From positions 160,001 to 224,000 of the forward strand of contig JAPDKB010000007.1 in the NCBI GenBank assembly GCA_029258795.1: DNA of 64,000 nt. Reading direction: 5' to 3'. How positions within the stretch are numbered: the first letter of the stretch is position 1; each line of letters opens with the position of its first letter. Both the position numbers and the translations under genes were made by a program. A model generated the notes under the pieces. The model worked only from the letters and a program-made list of their open reading frames with translations, did not search any database and had not been told where the DNA came from. The DNA comes from an archaeon (GTDB lineage Archaea; EX4484-52; WAPT01). This document shows, piece by piece, positions 50,401 to 57,152 of this stretch.

Positions 50401-50801
50401 CCTCTGAGTACTACATCAACATAGTTCGGACATGTTCCCGCCGTTGCATTACACGTACCGTTGTTTCCATAAAGAGAAATGTCTACAAACTTACTATTAT
50501 TCTCACCTATGGCGGAGATGTTGTTGAAGCCCAGATAGAGCACAAGGGAAGCATCATAGATGGAGTAATTCGCGCCATCCAGCGTGAGATTCAGCTGCGT
50601 CATGTTCACTGCCTCAACACTTGAGTTGACCTCGAACCACGAGTGGTTCAGTATCGAGTTGTTGGAAGGAGTTGGTGGGACGAAAGTTGCAACCGGCAGC
50701 GCTAATGCTGCTTCTGCAGAGATCAACAGGAGTAATAGCAGTATCGCCGCGCCTCCTGCTCGCTTTCTACTCATGAACTCTCTACTCTTCTTCCTCCTCA
50801 T
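41466..50801 (-). CDS. Giant (3111 aa) membrane-anchored surface glycoprotein/adhesin: LamG-like, Ig-like repeats, carboxypeptidase-regulatory-like repeats, TM helix, C-terminal Zn ribbon
   Basis: Signal peptide ILLLLLLISAEAALA; FDGVDDYI...TIMAWI...GIVDELRIYNRTLS (LamG); VDTTPPVI repeats; many T(D/N)xxG.F and G.V.D repeats; abundant NxT/S; TM LIVIVSLGLLGLFGLMYY; CPSCG...CLRC. Confidence 0.88.
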   Translation of the reverse strand: MRRKKSREFMSRKRAGGAAILLLLLLISAEAALALPVATFVPPTPSNNSILNHSWFEVNSSVEAVNMTQLNLTLDGANYSIYDASLVLYLGFNNISAIGENNSKFVDISLYGNNGTCNATAGTCPNYVDVVLRGVEFDGVDDYIEIDDSPSLHITDELTIMAWISVGETGLNHTIVEKNGSYYLFVDSNGYLTFYTYVSGEFDKEIQYPLNLFHDAYFVAISRNSTTTKLIILEEDAPQLFVITAPNRGLMDVSNDPLRIGRRLAGTDAANGIVDELRIYNRTLSEDEIIKIFSLSYLAKLNTTRWEYLIIPFNLSDGTHTFAIWVEDNSTTLNTTGTMVVTVDTTPPVIHINSPQNNSVVNTSNIMLNVSVSDLTSTNITYEIDNNGTIFTLCNDCSNAATTLTLQDGTHTITVYATDSAGWVNSSTITVTVDTTPPVIDILSPQNTTIYTTNVLDLNISISDTTPANITYEIDSNGTVFTLCTNCFGGTTTLTFNDGIHNITVYAVDSAGWTNSSFLVFDVSTTPLNITVIDGENLQPVSGVSVTVTGYPFGLSITQPTNADGKTTVFVDKTLLYNIYADKEGYITTVLTNINLSTTNNLTVPIFGNTTINGKVIGISEYGFLTISNATVRIINNQTGMVEYVLQTDDEGYFSLRIRGTFDYTLEVDAGTNFIMRRWNFTASTELNNYTFYVYKRGLASFKMRVVDYQNGMPLDNATVTFVLSESTNFTTVTNSSGFAWIFVRGGYVDEGFPYCYRLVVERYGYRTRNETFTSYCVMEGEEKDLGSITLKGNYLMRGRLVDEFNTDLGVSGAHVTLRKWTPNGIGGFVGEEYGYNYSTISNDSGDWEIYVPPYMLDEHGFVIEAQRDGYFAANFTNEGSGYTISENGTRYLPPFFMRGAIHVKIKLLDFYSNKPVPGINVKIEELDNFGFNYPQYATYNFYTDSEGFVDAYIRENNYYTLIVGGSDSGYKPLQLYAVGDINGTYYLEGTLYISGRVLDVNRDENNATITLPLIPIKLCPSSGLAYCYDVTSSYGGNFSLYVKGNEIYKITANGTEEGYNHTTISVDGRGTDFLSVDLVLEGRSVIKGVVRDEACSDSRILYVNPCNIPNPKIKVEFNINGKEIYPVVVGDKNGAYSIRVPKDKMIRIQASRLGYNSSPYYDLIIDRDTVTKNFVLRGYTHFHGYVIDEENDRPLSNVRIEIKENSSNTTILRYVFMTDGDGYFDAYLGVTSNYIINFSKEGYLTKNETGTAFINMWTVHKLRGAGTIKGSLVDAYSGEPLHNATVELYLPDTGELIYQKKNIDGSFTIHVDNTTQYKIRAYQHGYLAWDGYSKVYPPNYNFTGENSIKLKAYFETFVYDYYNNKPIPNAEVILFFRTDEKGEYETQGLNITTLNLTINTTGCSHSGILVEMNKTDGCTPAQATRNLCRFTATTNDNGSVMFKFVPVGAYRIKVDAVSQGCGIKYDTYTLTTDMAGKKNNYTINFVRTYLKVVITNGVKPIANANVTLWNGSSIARNTAGTPLTSLTSSDGSVLFDMLQPYTYKLTVDVYSPTQHHYEKSITVREGENNVTLDIYPPLIVGTNPKNNSFVIIDCNQDSPEKMTYWVATNENTTLYSEFYKDQESTPLNYFNDTELRTNHTRKIALICGTWKWKIKVCDESNNCNNSVVFFILANSTTDVLVEVVNGTTKISNANVTFWNESGIAFNQTGAPLTDLTDTEGKVEFSGVIPTLYTLTITKLGYPDVNNTVLVFSGNNYIKVDYRLPSVTSVEPENNTVLGAPCSRGPISLKINISTSESTNISVVFYNGSNSYKWTSNVFSTNHTASMLFSCGNWRWNITICDLNKNCTTEVNYTFTIVDSTFTVNVTDENGNPLDNITVIVTGTDYQTEKNTTTGIARFTDLKNNTKYDITVIGEDKGYGNANFDDYNVVWGGVLNVKLNITTLNVTVHTPEGDPVSGALVTLFENVSGEWRVAKDALGNYVNGTTDSNGRVIFRRLLPCNNCNLTVNKSGTINWTLIDIDTGEHKIVALDPDVVEGSSPFEPMNISDDRFIITITVVDEEGNNVFENVTVKLISHLTGNEYVNYTNSSGKATFNVTSDAFDVVINGTSMGYGVLIIENAFMVGWLKMNAGNTTSSGHLKLSIDGQKRYYVLIRARGYESYNSKDLGIRFSGSYLDDVVDGYGIKPAFRIYLNGTAEISGHVYDLYFINPLDSRKNIYNATIYLYDASPTLDQQARYVLHTDTAGNFYARVSPYTLGSPVEGNAELQHYKLVVVKEGYETYTYYNESAETHLITFSDGESKNFIIPMVPIGKSYIYLYDAKTGDPINVEIRIANFTLTDEVGSPLYTAYWKEGNLLEGRFNPYYGVSYLEVMTAGYNAPQPIKIPSTTYEIINQSVYLYTAGESEMRIKVVDSITRMPIPNVSISCYLVGTSQPDLCHVVSNEDGEAVVFLGQGNYTFVFDGTEENYGTAHVHHFMESGKVEEITIELQPTSIIINLSNDLNESFDGKVKIRNAELGLELENATQDGKVQFLRLPLGNYTITYVVSDAYIPVSAPTAVELDEHGKIANITAIFNETRYSIHVINTTGTPLSNIQLCLNTTTCAETNGSGLVFFREMTPGNYTLEMNALSAYKAGYFPAEPRWIEVKAGGNEKAGNNLTLVLNSTSGYAILHILVSSSQQAGTMVYVYSNGTLVKTINITEEGAENFVLLNSTTQATNVMIKATKPRCNDFKTEAFNLTDQEVKDIYVSFYCPTPSHGKSYEPTTSIAGTSSVVTQPTEKEDEYKLSVYATPVSVSVGGCTIGTIRVTNKGKKIITNLRVKDVTSSTHSITFESSPITLLPNESVELEYSLCLYSYSSDIYVLITSDQISTTATAQINIVSEEASEETQEDVYETLMNTIDNMAGRLTAINRESLPQELQQLYDEASSLLASARDDVMSGNYEAAQQKIARASNYLNQMESYLIESKEKPAKPWKTMLIVIVSLGLLGLFGLMYYTRMSSSTTYSYGKRKLSIPSLLPFARARTHAEKSKGVTTYKSPTLPATPPLMAGNVPVTVARTTQQPEPAGRPDLVYFTEPVARDEYLTYLKKAIESKERCPSCGMRLVNGRCLRCD
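49236..49775 (-). repeat. Two tandem 270-bp (90-aa) Ig-like repeats inside the giant gene
   Basis: VDTTPPVI.I.SPQN...NITYEID.NGT.FTLC..C....TTLT..DG.H.ITVYA.DSAGW.NSS repeated with a 270-nt period. Confidence 0.85.
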
Positions 50802-51006
50802 TCACCACACCAACACCACTCACAACATGTTTCGGCAAGTAAACATGCGCTCTGCCAACCACCACCCTCTCAAGCAGTCCCTGCTGCCTCATTGCTTCCA
50901 GATACCCCGTCAAGAATTCTCTTCTAAGCTTGAGACGTTTGGCTAGTTCAGAAACAGACATGGGCTTCCTTGAGAGCTCTTCCATTATCCTCTCATGAAT
51001 CTCCAT
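50782..51006 (-). CDS. Small winged-helix DNA-binding protein
   Basis: PMSVSELAKRL...GYLEAM..QGLL....VGRA.VY; abuts the start of the giant gene. Confidence 0.8.
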   Translation of the reverse strand: MEIHERIMEELSRKPMSVSELAKRLKLRREFLTGYLEAMRQQGLLERVVVGRAHVYLPKHVVSGVGVVNEEEEE

Positions 51007-51179
51007 CCAACATCACAAAACCGCACTTGTTCTCTTTATCTCTATACCTCAAGCACTCGAGTTAATGAGTTAAAGGACAAAAAGCCCTATATAAAGATTT
51101 CCATATTGCCGTCAATATGATGTGCAAGCTTTGCGACAAATTCGCTTATAATAAAAATTTTACCCACGAAGGTCTTATC

Positions 51180-51872
51180 ATGCTAATAATAGGCACGAAC
51201 ACGGAAGACGCTTGGAGAAAGGCCGTTAAAGCTGTGATGGAACACGGCAGAACCATAGTTAGTGAAGATGGTGATGAAACTAAGGAGATAATAGGGCTTG
51301 CGGTGAGGATACTCAAACCCACCATAAGCATAGATAAAGCTCCACCCGAATACCCATTCCATGGAAAAGCTCTGCAGGATTATGTTGATCAGCTCATGAC
51401 ACCTGAAAACAGATGGGGCTTTGAGTACACTTATGGTGAGCGTATATGGAACTGGAACAATCAGGTCAATCAGGTTGAAGCGATAATTGAGCGGCTTGCT
51501 AAGAGTCCTTTCAGCAGGCGTGCGGTCATTGACCTCACCATTCCCACCATGGACCACTTTCCCGAAAAGATAAGAGATCCTCCCTGCCTCAGAGTTATCT
51601 GCTTTAACATAAGGGAGGAGAAGGAAGCGCCAATGCTGCCTGCGGTAAAGAAACTTCACACGGACGTGCTCTTCAGAAGCCACGATATATTTGGAGCAAG
51701 CTATGCGAACTGGGTGGCGCTCGCTCACCTTCAAAAACATGTTGCTGATGAAGTTGGAAGACGGAGAGGAGAGCGGATATTCATGGGAGAGCTGCACAGC
51801 TATTCCGTCTCAGCCCATATTTATGGCAGGGATTTTGAGATGGCCGATAGGGTTGCAAGGTCAACTAATTGA
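51180..51872 (+). CDS. thyA: Archaeal-type thymidylate synthase
   Basis: GFEYTYGER, QV..II..L.....RRA, DPPCL (catalytic Cys), FRSHD, AN, SAHIY. Confidence 0.88.
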   Translation: MLIIGTNTEDAWRKAVKAVMEHGRTIVSEDGDETKEIIGLAVRILKPTISIDKAPPEYPFHGKALQDYVDQLMTPENRWGFEYTYGERIWNWNNQVNQVEAIIERLAKSPFSRRAVIDLTIPTMDHFPEKIRDPPCLRVICFNIREEKEAPMLPAVKKLHTDVLFRSHDIFGASYANWVALAHLQKHVADEVGRRRGERIFMGELHSYSVSAHIYGRDFEMADRVARSTN

Positions 51873-51907
51873 ATTCTTTAGCTCAAACTGGATTAACTTA
51901 AGGTGAA

Positions 51908-52463
51908 ATGATGGCTGGTCATACTGTGGAAGTGCTGGCAAAAAAATGGAGAGATATCGAGAAGATACTTTACAGAAGTTATATATGGAGTTACGTGTGC
52001 TGAAGTCGTGAAAGCAATCTATTTTCAGCAATTGGAAGAAGCAAAAAAGTTCAAGTACCCGGCCATCCATACATCGGAAACTCTGGGAAAACTGGTGAGG
52101 TCCATCAGAAAGGTCGACGCGAAAGAGGACGAGAGACATGACGTAAAACTCGGGAAAAGGGTGCTGAAGTGTTTGAGAAATATCGAGTATCTGTGCAATT
52201 CAGGAAAACCCGTTCTCTCTGATTACGACATAACACTTGAAATAAACACCTACAGGATGCACGATCTGCTGATGGATGTTTGTGAAGATTGTGAATTTAT
52301 GATAAATCCAAGAACCTGTTACAGGGAAGGTTTCTGTGGTGCTGAAAAAATCCAAGAGAGGATTCTCGAAGTTGTTCGAAAGAATTATGGAAAGAAGGGT
52401 GTCAAACCTCAAATACACGAAATAAGCGTGAGCGCAGAGTTCTATAGTCTCCTCCGAAAGTAA
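51908..52463 (+). CDS. Orphan Cys-motif protein, paralogue 1 (probably frameshifted at A7 51940-51946; intact downstream frame 52008-52463)
   Basis: AGGTGA RBS then ATGATG at 51908; removing one A joins MMAGHTVEVLA to KNGEISRRY...; motif CEDC-x8-CYREGFC. Confidence 0.55.
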
Positions 52464-52550
52464 TGCTGATTCAGTTTAAACTAAATAGAGATATGTTTAA
52501 ATTTCATCGAATAAAAATTTAAAAATATTTGTTATGATTATTACTTATTA

Positions 52551-53018
52551 GTGGTTACCATGATCGAAGATGCGCGCAGGCTGGAAAAAAGAAAGGAAAA
52601 GGTGTTGAGAAACAAACCCGGTGGTGTAAAAGTAGAGGAGTTCTTAAAAAGACTTTCCGAAATGCAGAAAGGGTATGAGCCTCTGTACACACGGGAAGAC
52701 ATCCATAAAATCATGAAAAGTTTCAATCCGGAGGTTCCTCCTCACTCAGTTAATTGTATGCTTGAATATATTAAAGAGCTCTCCAGATTAAATGGACACG
52801 GCAATGGAATAAAGGTGGAAATAGAAACAAATTATCTATGGAATGTTATAGAGAGGTACTGCCGCAGATGTCCGGGCGAACAAAGACTCTCGTGCTACAG
52901 AAAGGGTGAGTGCACACTCAATATATTACCAAAGAGTGTAGTGGAGCTATACAAGGAAAAGATGCCCTGTGCAGAAGGAAGAAAGACTCGAGTTTATAAT
53001 ATTAGGGTCACGATGTGA
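52551..53018 (+). CDS. Orphan Cys-motif protein, paralogue 2
   Basis: CRRC-x7-CYRKGEC; aligns by eye with the upstream ORF. Confidence 0.65.
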   Translation: MVTMIEDARRLEKRKEKVLRNKPGGVKVEEFLKRLSEMQKGYEPLYTREDIHKIMKSFNPEVPPHSVNCMLEYIKELSRLNGHGNGIKVEIETNYLWNVIERYCRRCPGEQRLSCYRKGECTLNILPKSVVELYKEKMPCAEGRKTRVYNIRVTM

Positions 53019-53056
53019 AGATTCATATAAAAATTCTGGTGCTGTATGAATAAACT

Positions 53057-53545
53057 ATGCGCATCTCCCAGCAAATATGGCCGAGAAGCGTTGTGCTCGT
53101 GTGCAGCGTGGATGAAGATGGTAAAGCAAATGTTATGACCGCGAGCTTTGTCATGCCTGTAAGCTTTAACCCAAAATACATAGCTGTTTCCATCTCTCCC
53201 AAACGTCACACCTTCTCCAACCTTCAGAAAGTTAGAGAGATGACCATCAACGTTTGCGATGTGAACATGAAGAAAGCTGCTGATATCTGCGGTACTTACT
53301 CGGGCAAGAATGTGGATAAGTTCGAGCTAGCAAACCTCACTGAGGAGAAATCAAGAAAGATCAGGGTACCGTGTATAAAGGAAGCACCAATCAGTTTTGA
53401 ATGTGTGGTTGAAGGTATGCATGAATACGGAGACCATTTTATCGTTGTGGGGAGGGTTGTGGAGGAGCACGTGAGGAAAGCTGAGTTCGAGCCGCTGCTT
53501 CATGGAAGTGGGGATGATTACTTCACCGCAAGAAAGATCGACTGA
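53057..53545 (+). CDS. Flavin reductase family protein (flavoredoxin-like)
   Basis: P.SVVLV...G.ANVM, PVSFNP, RHT, CG..SG..VDKF, P.I.EA....EC, GDH. Confidence 0.88.
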   Translation: MRISQQIWPRSVVLVCSVDEDGKANVMTASFVMPVSFNPKYIAVSISPKRHTFSNLQKVREMTINVCDVNMKKAADICGTYSGKNVDKFELANLTEEKSRKIRVPCIKEAPISFECVVEGMHEYGDHFIVVGRVVEEHVRKAEFEPLLHGSGDDYFTARKID

Positions 53546-54557
53546 GGATTTCATCCAGCAGCTCATATTTATTGAAGCACATGAGGTGTACACCCCTGAA
53601 GTCAAGTTCTCTGCTCAATTTGATCATTTCCCTCGTTCTTTCAATTCCGGCAGCTTCGCCTTCTTTTTTTACCGCTTTGATGAGCTCTTCATCTATTCTC
53701 ATACCCGGCACTCTTTTCAGCTCTTCAACCATTTCAGCCGAGATCAAGGGTAACACGCCCACGATCACCTTTCTTCTGAACTCTTCATCCAGTTTCCTGG
53801 CCAGCTCTTCGAGAACTGTAAAGCTGAACACTGCCTGTGTCTGGGCAAAATCAGCGTACCTCATCTTCTTTCTGAACTTGAGCAACTCATTCTCAAGCGG
53901 GACTGCGTTTGGGTTAAGAGCGACACCCACGCTTAGCGTGCGGAACCTCTCATTCTCGTCCTTCTTGAGCTTCCATGCAAGATAGGTTGAATCCACAAAG
54001 AAGTGTGCTTTCCTCCCTTTAGAGTAATCTCCAGTCAGCAGGAGCACGTGGTTTATGCCAGCAATTCTTGCAGCGAGCAGCTTTGAAGTTATCACTTCCA
54101 TACTCTTGTTCCTGCAGACCACCTGCAGAATCGGGATGATATGTTTTTCCATGAGCCAGCATGCAACCATAAGATTGTCAGCATGTTCTTTTCCCATCGG
54201 GTTGTCCGTCACATTTACTGCATCGATAAGGTGAGATCTTTTTTGTAACTTTTCCATCAGTTCAGCTATTTTTTCCTTTTCACCGAACGGAGCAAGCTCG
54301 GTTGTGACTACAAAATCCTTGGAAAAAAATGATGGCTCAACTCTCGGTGGCGTGAAATCCTCAAGCTTCTGCCCTTCATGAAAAATGGAAATGATTTCGT
54401 TTTCCATGCCCGCGTTTCTCAGCTCGTTCATGATTTCAGCCCATGCACACCTGCCGCCAAGCTCACAAATCCCATCATGGCTTCCGCCACATGGCCCATT
54501 CCACATTTGTTTCGGGCAGCGATCGTGTGCTTCTACAACCAGTTTGAAAATATTCAT
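53523..54557 (-). CDS. metF: Methylenetetrahydrofolate reductase MetF with fused N-terminal MetV-like Cys domain
   Basis: CPKQMWNGPCGG..GICE....CAW, then VTTELAP, NVTDNP, CRN, LTGD, QTQ.VF, GVHLM; start placed at MNIFK after GAAGGTGG. Confidence 0.82.
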   Translation of the reverse strand: MNIFKLVVEAHDRCPKQMWNGPCGGSHDGICELGGRCAWAEIMNELRNAGMENEIISIFHEGQKLEDFTPPRVEPSFFSKDFVVTTELAPFGEKEKIAELMEKLQKRSHLIDAVNVTDNPMGKEHADNLMVACWLMEKHIIPILQVVCRNKSMEVITSKLLAARIAGINHVLLLTGDYSKGRKAHFFVDSTYLAWKLKKDENERFRTLSVGVALNPNAVPLENELLKFRKKMRYADFAQTQAVFSFTVLEELARKLDEEFRRKVIVGVLPLISAEMVEELKRVPGMRIDEELIKAVKKEGEAAGIERTREMIKLSRELDFRGVHLMCFNKYELLDEILSRSFLR

Positions 54558-54682
54558 TAAAGCCACCTTCAATCCCGTTTTTCTTACCACTTTCAAGCAC
54601 TTCAAGATAGATATGGATGTTAGATGTTAAAATTGTTGTGTTGTTTCGCTCTCTCAAAAAATGCCACTTCCTGTTCATCATT

Positions 54683-54856
54683 TCATCCTGACACAAACTT
54701 TTCCATATCTTTCAGGTCGAAGCACCATACTTTCCTGCTCTCAAACTCATCAATTCTTTTGCTGAAGCTCTTGGCAAAAATGGCAAAGCTTTCCTTTCTC
54801 TCATCGCTGTGCCAGTCAACGTGCTTTGATTTTTCGGCAAGTTCTTTAACAATCTT
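54683..54856 (-). pseudogene. Remnant C-terminus of an archaeal ATPase/DUF234-type protein
   Basis: Startless frame KIVKELAEKSKHVDWHSDERKESFAIFAKSFSKRIDEFESRKVWCFDLKDMEKFVSG*, preceded by an in-frame stop. Confidence 0.5.
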
Positions 54857-54959
54857 TCAGCAAATTCAATCATTTCAAGATTCTGTGGCTCATGCGTGAC
54901 TGCTCACCCAGCTGCATCAGAGCAACACATTTTAATTAATTACCGTCCAACACCATTCT

Positions 54960-56210
54960 GTGATGAGGATGAACCCTGATGAAATTATTGGAGAGGTTGT
55001 ACATCTTACCAGGCTCCACGATCTCTGGCGCAAATACGAGTGCATAAATTTGATAGCTTCTGAAAACATTATGTCCCCGAAAGCAGAAGAGCTTTATATC
55101 AACGACATGATGCACCGCTATGCTGAAGGACTGCCGTTCAAGCGGTACTATCAGGGTCACAAGTATCTCGATGAAGTGGAGGTAAAAGCGCAGCAGCTCA
55201 TGGCCGGGCTTTTCAATGCCGCACATGTTGATTTGCGCCCCTTAAGCGGCACGATAGCTAACCTTGCTGTCTTTGTCGCGTTTCTGGAAAACGGGAATAA
55301 GGTTGCTGCGCTTGACGTCCCTCACGGCGCTCACGTCTCTCACACGATTCATGGCGCGTTGGGATTGAGGGATGTGGAGGTGCTGCAGCTGCCGTTTGAT
55401 AAGGAAAGAATGAACATAGATGTTGATAAGGCGGTAAAGCTTGTGGAGCAGGAAAAGCCAGATATGATTATTCTGGGGGCGTCGCTATTCCTTTTCCCGC
55501 ATCCAGTAAAAGAGATAAGCGATGCCGCCAAGAGTTATGGAGGGCTTGTTGTGTATGATGCCGCCCATGTACTCGGATTGATAGCGGGTAAGCAGTTCCA
55601 GCAGCCATTTGAGGAGGGAGCAGATGTGGTCACGAGCTCAACCCACAAAACCTTCCCCGGCCCGCAGGGCGGCGTGATAATGGCTGCTGAGCATGTTGAT
55701 TTCGAGAGGGTGCAGAAGGCGATATTTCCAAAACTTGTGTGCAATCACCACATCCACCGGCTCCCTGCTTTGGCTCAGACCGCCTGGGAGATGTGGAGGT
55801 ATGGTGAAGCTTACGCCAGACAAACAATAAAGAACGCCAAAGCGTTGGCTGAGAAGCTGTCTGAGCTGGGCTTTAAAGTGCTGGCTGAAGAGCATGGATT
55901 TACCGAAAGCCATCAGGTTGTGATAGATGTGAGGGAGTACGGTGGCGGAAAGGTTAACGCTGAGAAGCTGGAAGCAAACAACATCATAGCCAATAAAAAC
56001 ATGATTCCGGGAGATGAGGCAAGCAGCGAGACCATGAAGAATCCTTCCGGCATAAGGATCGGCACGCAGGAGATGACGAGATGGGGCTGCAAGGAGAAGG
56101 ACATGGAGGCAATAGCGGAGTTCATACATCGTGTTGTGGTCAAGGAAGAGAATGTGAAGGATGATGTAATGGAGTTCAGAAAGAGTTTTAGGGAGGTGCG
56201 CTACTGCTGA
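54960..56210 (+). CDS. glyA: Serine hydroxymethyltransferase (archaeal type)
   Basis: INLIASEN, HRYAEG.P..RYYQG, YDAAHVLGLIAG, SSTHKTFPGPQGG, SGIRIGT. Confidence 0.95.
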   Translation: MMRMNPDEIIGEVVHLTRLHDLWRKYECINLIASENIMSPKAEELYINDMMHRYAEGLPFKRYYQGHKYLDEVEVKAQQLMAGLFNAAHVDLRPLSGTIANLAVFVAFLENGNKVAALDVPHGAHVSHTIHGALGLRDVEVLQLPFDKERMNIDVDKAVKLVEQEKPDMIILGASLFLFPHPVKEISDAAKSYGGLVVYDAAHVLGLIAGKQFQQPFEEGADVVTSSTHKTFPGPQGGVIMAAEHVDFERVQKAIFPKLVCNHHIHRLPALAQTAWEMWRYGEAYARQTIKNAKALAEKLSELGFKVLAEEHGFTESHQVVIDVREYGGGKVNAEKLEANNIIANKNMIPGDEASSETMKNPSGIRIGTQEMTRWGCKEKDMEAIAEFIHRVVVKEENVKDDVMEFRKSFREVRYC

Positions 56211-56542
56211 TGCTTCCCCACAAGATATTTGAGATAAAAGCTGAGAAGCACAGCGAGGCAGAAATAAAGCTGGACAAGCATTTCTTCGTTATAAACGTTG
56301 ATCATGAATCAAAGGAAATCGTGGTTGAAGCTTATGAATATCTGGGCACGGAAACAAGACCGGGGAGTGGAAAGCTGAAGTTCATCTTCAGGGGGAAGAA
56401 TGGTATAGATCTTTTTCGCACAATACTTAAGTATGACCTCGTGAGCATGCTGGATCATGCTGCATATCTGGGCTATGAGCTTGCCAGAGCCGAGGAATGC
56501 CTGAAATCCGGCAAAAAGTACGTGCAGGACGAGAACGGATAA
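56210..56542 (+). CDS. DUF4346 domain protein
   Basis: LD..F.I..D, G.....L...I....LVS.LDHAAYLG.EL.RAE..L..G..YVQD; 1-nt overlap with glyA. Confidence 0.85.
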   Translation: MLPHKIFEIKAEKHSEAEIKLDKHFFVINVDHESKEIVVEAYEYLGTETRPGSGKLKFIFRGKNGIDLFRTILKYDLVSMLDHAAYLGYELARAEECLKSGKKYVQDENG

Positions 56543-56575
56543 TGCTAAACATTTCTCTTCAGCAATTTTGCTCGA

Positions 56576-56935
56576 TCACTGCTTCACTCTAAAAACATGG
56601 GCGGTTCCATTCTCCTTGTATATGAGTTCCTTGAATCTCGCTCCTGACGGCACGAGATAGATGCGAAGGAAGTAGTCCTTCACCCTGTCAAACTCAACCT
56701 CCCTGCCGTTTGAAAGCGCGCTTTCTATCACGGGCCATAAAGTTTCTTTGTCGTAGAGAGAAAGCCATTGAGCCAAGGTGCCCCGCACTACCTTTCCATT
56801 CTTTTGGGCTTCATATTTCAGCTCAAGATATATCTCTCCCGCCAAGACGCCCACTTCCATTTTGGATGAACCACAATATATAATTTTCCTTTCAGAAAGC
56901 AAGTCTGCTGTGCATTCGTCGAATTGAAAAATCAA
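56576..56935 (-). CDS. Hypothetical protein (true start probably near 56860)
   Basis: Open frame with a plausible composition; no recognised motif. Confidence 0.45.
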   Translation of the reverse strand: MIFQFDECTADLLSERKIIYCGSSKMEVGVLAGEIYLELKYEAQKNGKVVRGTLAQWLSLYDKETLWPVIESALSNGREVEFDRVKDYFLRIYLVPSGARFKELIYKENGTAHVFRVKQ

Positions 56936-57010
56936 GGGAAAGAAGAATACACGCCAGAATACAAATTTTTATATATGGCGGAGTAAGCACTTTTTAGTGA
57001 GGTGTTGCTT

Positions 57011-57109
57011 ATGATAAGGAAGGTGAAGCCGGAGGAGGAGGAGTTCATAAAGGAATGTATCTGGAACTGGGATAAGGCGAGCGAGCTTATGGAAAAATTG
57101 AAGGAGTGA
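57011..57109 (+). CDS. 32-aa small protein (missed by ORF track)
   Basis: MIRKVKPEEEEFIKECIWNWDKASELMEKLKE*; GAGGTG RBS and TTTATATA box upstream. Confidence 0.55.
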   Translation: MIRKVKPEEEEFIKECIWNWDKASELMEKLKE

Positions 57110-57152
57110 TCCCTCCTATCGCCTACCCGTTCCATTATTTTAGGTGTTGGTC

